Part shown: in pieces, positions 55,301 through 64,000 of the stretch
How the letters are laid out: every line of letters begins with the position of its first letter
Numbering within the stretch: the stretch's first letter is position 1
Assembly: GCA_043228905.1 (NCBI GenBank)
Contig: JBHGNT010000032.1
Coordinates: 186,001-250,000 of the forward strand
DNA length: 64,000 nt
From: Azolla caroliniana
Taxonomy: Eukaryota > Plantae > Polypodiophyta
Reading direction: 5' to 3'
The notes under the pieces: generated by a model
Told to the model about the DNA's origin: nothing
Databases searched by the model: none
What the model saw: the letters and a program-made list of their open reading frames with translations, nothing else
Translations under genes and position numbers: made by a program

Positions 55301-57740
55301 CTCTCGACCTGGGTTTCAATATCTTGATTTTTTAATTCCATATGATAGCTGGCGTTGTTGGCTTCGATTCGCATGTTTGAACACAAAAATCCGATATCAC
55401 ACGAGCCAGGTATGAACATTTTAATTTACTCAAGGGCTGTTCTCAACTCACTCCTCAAATTTGCTATTTTCGTCATGTCTCTCGACCTGGGTTTCAATAT
55501 CTTGATTTTTTAATTCCATATGATAGCTAGCGTTGTTGGCTTCGATTCGCATGTTTGAACACAAAAATCCCATATCACACGAGCCAGGTATGAACATTTT
55601 AATTTACTCAAGGGCTGTTCTCAACTCCGTCCTCAAGTTTGCTATTTTCGTCATGTCTCTCGACCTGGGTTTCAAAATCTTGATTTTTTAATTCCATATG
55701 ATAGCTAGCGTTGTTGGCTTTGATTCGCATGTTTGAACACAAAAATCCGATATCACACGAGCCAGGTATGAACATTTTAATTTACTCAAGGGCTCCTCTC
55801 AACTCCCTCCTCAAGTTTGCTATTTTCGTCATGTCTCTCGACCTGAGTTTCAAAATCTTGATTTTTTAATTCCATATCATAGCTAGCGTTTCAAGCTTCG
55901 ATTTGCATGTTTGAACACAAAAATCTGATATCACACGAGCCAGGTATGAACATTTTAATTACTTAAGGGCTCCTCTCAACTCCCTCCTCAAGTTTGCTAT
56001 TTTCGTCATGTCTCTCGACCTGAGTTTCAAAATCTTGATTTTTTAATTCCATATCATACCTCAGGTAGTTGGATTCGATTCGCATGTTTGAACACAAAAA
56101 TCCGATATCACACGAGCCAGGTATGAACATTTTAATTTACTCAAGGGCTCCTCTCAACTCCCTCCTCAAGTTTGCTATTTTCGTCATGTATCTCGACCTG
56201 AGTTTGAAATTCTTGATTTTTTAATTCCATATCATAGCTAGCGTTGTTAGCTTCGATTTGCATGTTTGAACACAAAAATCCGATATCACACGACCCAGGT
56301 ATGAACATTTTAATTTACTCAAGGGCTGTTCTCAACTCACTCCTCAAATTTGCTATTTTCGTCATGTCTCTCGACCTGAGTTTCAAAATCTTGATTTTTT
56401 AATTCCATATCATAGCTCGCGTTGTTGGCTTCGATTCGCATGTTTGAACACAAAAATCCGATATCACACGAGCCAGGTATGAACATTTTAATTTACTCAA
56501 GGGCTGTTCTCAACTCCGTCCTCAAGTTTGCTATTTTCGTCATGTCTCTCGACCTGGGTTTCAAAATCTTGATTTTTTAATTGCATATGATAGCTAGCGT
56601 TGTTGGCTTCGATTTGCATGTTTGAACACAAATATCCGATATCACACGAGCCAGGTATGAACATTTTAATTTACTCCAGGGCTCCTCTCAACTCCCTCCT
56701 CAAGTTTGCTATTTTCGTCATGTCTCTCGACCTGAGTTTCAAAATCTTGATTTTTTAATTCCATATCATAGCTAGCGTTTCAAGCTTCGATTTGCATGTT
56801 TGAACACAAAAATCTGATATCACACGAGCCAGGTATGAACATTTTAATTACTTAAGGGCTCCTCTCAACTCCCTCCTCAAGTTTGCTATTTTCGTCATGT
56901 CTCTCGACCTGAGTTTCAAAATCTTGATTTTTTAATTCCATATCATAGCTAGCGTTGTTAGCTTTGATTCGCATGTTTGAACACAAAAATCCGATATCAC
57001 ACGAGCCAGGTATGAACATTTTAATTTACTCAAGGGCTGTTCTCAACTCACTCCTCAAATTTGGTAATTTCGTCATGTCTCTCGACCTGGGTTTCAAAAT
57101 CTTGATTTTTTAATTCCATATCATAGCTAGCGTTGTTGGCTTCGATTCGCATGTTTGAACACAAAAATCCGATATCACACGAGCCAGGTATGAACATTTT
57201 AATTTACTCAAGGGCTCCTCTCAACTCCCTCCTCAAGTTTGCTATTTTCGTCATGTCTCTCGACCTGAGTTTCAAAGTCTTGATTTTTTAATTCCATATC
57301 ATAGCTAGCGTTGTTGGCTTCGATTCGCATGTTTGAACACAAAAATCCGATATCACACGAGCCAGGTATGAACATTTTAATTTACTCAAGGGCTCCTCTC
57401 AACTCCCTCCTCAAGTTTGCTATTTTCGTCATGTCTCTCGACCTGAGTTTGAAATTCTTGATTTTTTAATTCCATATCATAGCTAGCGTTGTTAGCTTCG
57501 ATTTGCATGTTTGAACACAAAAATCCGATATCACACATCCCAGGTATGAACATTTTAATTTACTCAAGGGCTGTTCTCAACTCACTCCTCAAATTTGCTA
57601 TTTTCCTCATGTCTCTCGACCTGAGTTTCAAAATCTTGATTTTTTAATTCCATAACAAAGCTCGCGTTGTTGGCTTCGATTCGCATGTTTGAACACAAAA
57701 ATCCGATATCACACGAGCCAGGTATGAACATTTTAATTTA
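49389..57740 (+). repeat. 11-mer HOR family with 13- and 14-monomer variants
   Basis: The CACAAATATCC marker lies at 49879, 52189, 54144 and 56633 (spacings 2310, 1955, 2489). CACATCCC and ATAACAAAG markers lie near 50.8, 53.1 and 57.5 kb. Confidence 0.8.
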
Positions 57741-60696
57741 CTCAAGGGCTCCTCTCAACTCCCTCCTCAAGTTTGCTATTTTCGTCATGTCTCTCGACCT
57801 GGGTTTCAAAATCTTGATTTTTTAATTGCATATGATAGCTAGCGTTGTTGGCTTCGATTCGCATGTTTGAACACAAAAATCCGATATCACACGAGCCAGG
57901 TATGAACATTTTAATTTACTCAAGGGCTCCTCTCAACTCCCTCCTCAAGTTTGCTATTTTCGTCATGTCTCTCGACCTGAGTTTCAAAATCTTGATTTTT
58001 TAATTCCATATCATAGCTCGCGTTGTTGGCTTCGATTCGCATGTTTGAACACAAAAATCCGATATCACACGAGCCAGGTATGAACATTTTAATTTACTCA
58101 AGGGCTCCTCTCAACTCCCTCCTCAAGTTTGCTATTTTCGTCATGTATCTCGACCTGAGTTTGAAATTTTTGATTTTTTAATTCCATATCATAGCTAGCG
58201 TTGTTAGCTTCGATTTGCATGTTTCAACACAAAAATCCGATATCACACGACCCAGGTATGAACATTTTAATCTACTCAAGGGCTCCTCTCAACTCCCTCC
58301 TCAAGTTTGCTATTTTCGTCATGTCTCTCGACCTGAGTTTGAAATTCTTGATTTTTTAATTCCATATCATACCTCCCGTAGTTGGGTTCGATTCGCATGT
58401 TTGAACACAAAAATCCGATATCACACGACCCAGGTATGAACATTTTAATTTACTCAAGGGCTCCTCTCAACTCCCTCCTCAAGTTTGCTATTTTCGTCAT
58501 GTCTCTCGACCTGAGTTTTAAAATCTTGATTTTTTAATTCCATATGATAGCTAGCGTTGTTGGCTTCGATTCGCATGTTTGAACACAAAAATCCGATATC
58601 ACACGAGCCAGGTATGAACATTTTAATTTACTCAAGGGCTGTTCTCAACTCCGTCCTCAAGTTTGCTATTTTCGTCATGTCTCTGGACCTGGGTTTCAAA
58701 ATCTTGATTTTTTAATTGCATATGATAGCTAGCGTTGTTGGCTTCGATTTGCATGTTTGAACACAAAAATCCGATATCACACGAGCCAGATATGAACATT
58801 TTAATTTACTCAAGGGCTCCTCTCAACTCCCTCCTCAAGTTTGCTATTTTCGTCATGTCTCTCGACCTGAGTTTCAAAATCTTGATTTTTTAATTCCATA
58901 TCATAGCTAGCGTCGTTAGCTTCGATTTGCATGTTTGAACACAAAAATCCGATATCACACGACCCAGGTATGAACATTTTAATTTACTCAAGGGCTGTTC
59001 TTAACTCACTCCTCAAATTTGCTATTTTCGTCATGTCTCTCGACCTGAGTTTCAAAATCTTGATTTTTTAATTCCATATCAAAGCTCGCGTTGTTGGCTT
59101 CGATTCGCATGTTTGAACACAAAAATCCGATATCACACGAGCCAGGTATGAACATTTTAATTTACTCAAGGGCTCCTCTCAACTCCCTCCTCAAGTTTGC
59201 TATTTTCGTCATGTCTCTCGACCTGGGTTTCAATATCTTGATTTTTTAATTCCATATGATAGCTAGCGTTGTTGGCTTCGATTCGCATGTTTGAACACAA
59301 AAATCCGATATCACACGAGCCAGGTATGAACATTTTAATTTACTCAAGGGCTCCTCTCAACTCCCTCCTCAAGTTTGCTATTTTCGTCATGTCTCTAGAC
59401 CTGAGTTTCGAAATCTTGATTTTTTAATTCCATATCATAGCTAGCGTTTCAAGCTTCGATTTGCATGTTTGAACACAAAAATCCGATATCACACGAGCCA
59501 GGTATGAACATTTTAATTTACTCAAGGGCTCCTCTCAACTCCCTCCTCAAGTTTGCTATTTTCGTCATGTCTCTCGACCTGAGTTTCAAAATCTTGATTT
59601 TTTAATTCCATATCATAGCTAGCGTTTCAAGCTTCGATTTGCATGTTTGAACACAAAAATCGGATATCACACGAGCCAGGTATGAACATTTTAATTTACT
59701 CAAGGGCTCCTCTCAACTCCCTCCTCAAGTTTGCTATTTTCGTCATGTCTCTCGACCTGAGTTTCAAAATCTTGATTTTTTAATTCCATATCATACCTCA
59801 GGTAGTTGGCTTCGATTCGCATGTTTGAACACAAAAATCCGATATCACACGAGCCAGGTATGAACATTTTAATTTACTCAAGGGCTCCTCTCAACTCCCT
59901 CCTCAAGTTTGCTATTTTCGTCATGTATCTCGACCTGAGTTTGAAATTCTTGATTTTTTAATTCCATATCATAGCTAGCGTTGTTAGCTTCGATTTGCAT
60001 GTTTGAACACAAAAATCCGATATCACACGAGCCAGGTATGAACATTTTAATTTACTCAAGGGCTGTTCTCAACTCACTCCTCAAATTTGCTATTTTCGTC
60101 ATGTCTCTCGACCTGAGTTTCAAAATCTTGATTTTTTAATTCCATATCATAGCTCGCGTTGTTGGGTTCGATTCGCATGTTTGAACACAAAAATCCGATA
60201 TCACACGAGCCAGGTATGAACATTTTAATTTACTCAAGGGCTGTTCTGAACTCCGTCCTCAAGTTTGCTATTTTCTTCATGTCTCTCGACCTGGGTTTCA
60301 AAATCTTGATTTTTTAATTGCATATGATAGCTAGCGTTGTTGGCTTCGATTTGCATGTTTGAACACAAAAATCCGATATCACACGAGCCAGGTATGAACA
60401 TTTTAATTTACTCAAGGGCTCCTCTCAACTCCCTCCTCAAGTTTGCTATTTTCGTCATGTCTCTCGACCTGAGTTTCAAAATCTTGATTTTTTAATTCCA
60501 TATCATAGCTAGCGTTTCAAGCTTCGATTTGCATGTTAGAACACAAAAATCCGATATCACACGAGCCAGGTATGAACATTTTAATTACTTAAGGGCTCCT
60601 CTCAACTCCCTCCTCAAGTTTGCTATTTTCGTCATGTCTCTCGACCTGAGTTTCAAAATCTTGATTTTTTAATTCCATATCATAGCTAGCGTTGTT

Positions 60697-62120
60697 AGCT
60701 TTGATTCGCATGTTTGAACACAAAAATCCGATATCATACGAGCCAGGTATGAACATTTTAATTTACTCAAGGGCTGTTCTCAACTCACTCCTCAAATTTG
60801 GTAATTTCGTCATGTCTCTCGACCTGGGTTTCAAAATCTTGATTTTTTAATTCCATATCATAGCTAGCGTTGTTGGCTTCGATTCGCATGTTTGAACACA
60901 AAAATCCGATATCACACGAGCCAGGTATGAACATTTTAATTTACTCAAGGGCTCCTCTCAACTCCCTCCTCAAGTTTGCTATTTTCGTCATGTCTCTCGA
61001 CCTGAGTTTCAAAATGTTGATTTTTTAATTCCATATCATAGCTAGCGTTGTTGGCTTCGATTCGCATGTTTGAACACAAAAATCCGATATCACACGAGCC
61101 ATGTATGAACATTTTAATTTACTGAAGGGCTCCTCTCAACTCCCTCCTCAAGTTTGCTATTTTCGTCATGTATCTCGACCTGAGTTTGAAATTCTTGATT
61201 TTTTAATTCCATATCATAGCTAGCGTTGTTAGCTTCGATTTGCATGTTTGAACACAAAAATCCGATATCACACGACCCAGGTATGAACATTTTAATTTAC
61301 TCAAGGGCTGTTCTTAACTCACTCCTCAAATTTGCTATTTTCGTCATGTCTCTCGACCTGAGTTTCAAAATCTTGATTTTTTAATTCCATATCAAAGCTC
61401 GCGTTGTTAGCTTTGATTCGCATGTTTGAACACAGAAATCCGATATCATACGAGCCAGGTATGAACATTTTAATTTACTCAAGGGCTGTTCTCAACTCAC
61501 TCCTCAAATTTGGTAATTTCGTCATGTCTCTCGACCTGGGTTTCAAAATCTTGATTTTTTAATTCCATATCATAGCTAGCGTTGTTGGCTTCGATTCGCA
61601 TGTTTGAACACAAAAATCCGATATCACACGAGCCAGGTATGAACATTTTAATTTACTCAAGGGCTCCTCTCAACTCCCTCCTCAAGTTTGCTATTTTCGT
61701 CATGTCTCTCGACCTGAGTTTCAAAATCTTGATTTTTTAATTCCATATCATAGCTAGCGTTGTTGGTTTCGATTCGCATGTTTGAACACAAAAATCCGAT
61801 ATCACACGAGCCAGGTATGAACATTTTAATTTACTCAAGGGCTCCTCTCAACTCCCTCCTCAAGTTTGCTATTTTCGTCATGTATCTCGACCTGAGTTTG
61901 AAATTCTTAATTTTTTAATTCCATATCATAGCTAGCGTTGTTAGCTTCGATTTGCATGTTTGAACACAAAAATCCGATATCACACGACCCAGGTATGAAC
62001 ATTTTAATTTACTCAAGGGCTGTTCTTAACTCACTCCTCAAATTTGCTATTTTCGTCATGTCTCTCGACCTGAGTTTCAAAATCTTGATTTTTTAATTCC
62101 ATATCAAAGCTCGCGTTGTT
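60697..62120 (+). repeat. 4-mer tandem duplication (712 bp)
   Basis: GGTAATTT monomers at 60769/61481, TTCTTAACTC monomers at 61303/62015. GATATCATACG precedes both 60769 and 61481. Confidence 0.82.
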
Positions 62121-64000
62121 GGCTTCGATTCGCATGTTTGAACACAAAAATCCGATATCACACGAGCCAGGTATGAACATTTTAATTTACTCAAGGGCTC
62201 CTCTCAACTCCCTCCTCAAGTTTGCTATTTTCGTCATGTCTCTCGACCTGGGTTTCAATATCTTGATTTTTTAATTCCATATGATAGCTAGCGTTGTTGG
62301 CTTCGATTCGCATGTTTGAACACAAAAATCCGATATCACACGAGCCAGGTATGAACATTTTAATTTACTCAAGGGCTCCTCTCAACTCCCTCCTCAAGTT
62401 TGCTATTTTCGTCATGTCTCTCGACCTGAGTTTCAAAATCTTGATTTTTTAATTCCATATCATAGCTAGCGTTTCAAGCTTCGATTTGCATGTTTGAACA
62501 CAAAAATCCGATATCACACGAGCCAGGTATGAACATTTTAATTTACTCAAGGGCTCCTCTCAACTCCCTCCTCAAGTTTGCTATTTTCGTCATGTCTCTC
62601 GACCTGAGTTTCAAAATCTTGATTTTTTAATTCCATATCATACCTCACGTAGTTGGCTTCGATTCGCATGTTTGAACACAAAAATCCGATATCACACGAG
62701 CCAGGTATGAACATTTTAATTACTTAAGGGCTCCTCTCAACTCCCTCCTCAAGTTTGCTATTTTCGTCATGTCTCTCGACCTGAGTTTCAAAATCTTGAT
62801 TTTTTAATTCCATATCATACCTCACGTAGTTGGCTTCGATTCGCATGTTTGAACACAAAAATCCGATATCACACGAGCCAGGTATAAACATTTTAATTTA
62901 CTCAAGGGCTCCTCTCAACTCCCTCCTCAAGTTTGCTATTTTCGTCATGTATCTCGACCTGAGTTTGAAATTCTTGATTTTTTAATTCCATATCATAGCT
63001 AGCGTTGTTAGCTTCGATTTGCATGTTTGAACACAAAAATCCGATATCACACGACCCAGGTATGAACATTTTAATTTACTCAAGGGCTGTTCTCAACTCA
63101 CTCCTCAAATTTGCTATTTTCGTCATGTCTCTCGACCTGAGTTTCAAAATCTTGATTTTTTAATTCCATATCATAGCTCGCGTTGTTGGCTTCGATTCGC
63201 ATGTTTGAACACAAAAATCCGATATCACACGAGCCAGGTATGAACATTTTAATTTACTCAAGGGCTGTTCTCAACTCCGTCCTCAAGTTTGCTATTTTCG
63301 TCATGTCTCTCGACCTGGGTTTCAAAATCTTGATTTTTTAATTGCATATGATAGCTAGCGTTGTTGGCTTCGATTTGCATGTTTGAACACAAAAATCCGA
63401 TATCACACGAGCCAGATATGAACATTTTAATTTACTCAAGGGCTCCTCTCAACTCCCTCCTCAAGTTTGCTATTTTCGTCATGTCTCTCGACCTGAGTTT
63501 CAAAATCTTGATTTTTTAATTCCATATCATAGCTAGCGTTTCAAGCTTCGATTTGCATGTTTGAACACAAAAATCCGATATCACACGAGCCAGGTATGAA
63601 CATTTTAATTACTTAAGGGCTCCTCTCAACTCCCTCCTCAAGTTTGCTATTTTCGTCATGTCTCTCGACCTGAGTTTCAAAATCTTGATTTTTTAATTCC
63701 ATATCATACCTCACGTAGTTGGCTTCGATTCGCATGTTTGAACACAAAAATCCCTCCTCTAGTTTGCTATTTTCGTCATGTCTCTCGACCTGAGTTTGAA
63801 ATTCTTGATTTTTTAATTCCATACCATAGCTAGCGTTGTTAGCTTCGATTTGCATGTTTGAACACAAAAATCCGATATCACACGAGCCAGGTATGAACAT
63901 TTTAATTTACTCAAGGGCTCCTCTCAACTCCCTCCTCAAGTTTGCTATTTTCGTCATGTATCTCGACCTGAGTTTGAAATTCTTGATTTTTTAATTCCAT

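Larger units (their letters stand above)
1..64000 (+). repeat. Tandem satellite array, 178-bp monomer (177-bp variants common), ~360 copies, centromere-like
   Basis: AAGGGCT monomer starts recur at 1, 179, 357, 535 and so on to the window end. Monomers differ at only a few positions. No unique sequence or inversion seen. 'Centromere-like' is an inference from monomer length and HOR structure. Confidence 0.98.

Noticed and set aside
58215-58439. Unique 74-aa ORF
   Set aside because: A chance read-through created by variant bases in ordinary monomers.
23296-63900. Seven 95-aa minus-strand ORFs with an internal 40-aa repeat
   Set aside because: They are fully explained by the 58-bp deletion, which leaves an in-frame 120-bp period. 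No evidence of coding function.
1-64000. CRISPR-like repeat/spacer array or diversity cassette system
   Set aside because: The variable block has only a few related haplotypes. There are no unique spacers and no cas, recombinase or reverse transcriptase genes.
1-64000. 5S rDNA, tRNA or snRNA tandem array; telomeric repeats; transposon insertions; inversions
   Set aside because: No recognisable RNA gene sequence, telomere motif, LTR/TIR, target-site duplication or reverse-oriented monomer was seen.

Overview
The whole 64-kb window is one uninterrupted head-to-tail array of a ~178-bp AT-rich satellite monomer (about 360 copies, one orientation). Consensus: AAGGGCTCCTCTCAACTCCCTCCTCAAGTTTGCTATTTTCGTCATGTCTCTCGACCTGAGTTTCAAAATCTTGATTTTTTAATTCCATATCATAGCTAGCGTTGTTAGCTTCGATTCGCATGTTTGAACACAAAAATCCGATATCACACGAGCCAGGTATGAACATTTTAATTTACTC. 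Its length, homogeneity and higher-order repeats (HORs) resemble a eukaryotic (peri)centromeric satellite. I do not recognise the family or species, and centromere function cannot be shown from sequence. I see no genes, RNA genes, transposons, CRISPR arrays or unique sequence, and all listed ORFs are by-products of the repeat. The informative structure is internal: an almost perfect 11,026-bp (63-monomer) tandem duplication, nested 2- to 14-mer HORs, three recurrent deletion monomers each with a private substitution beside its junction, chimeric monomers that locate breakpoints, and a left-to-right turnover of variant types. I found no support for a novel coding system. All comparisons were made by eye and are not exhaustive.
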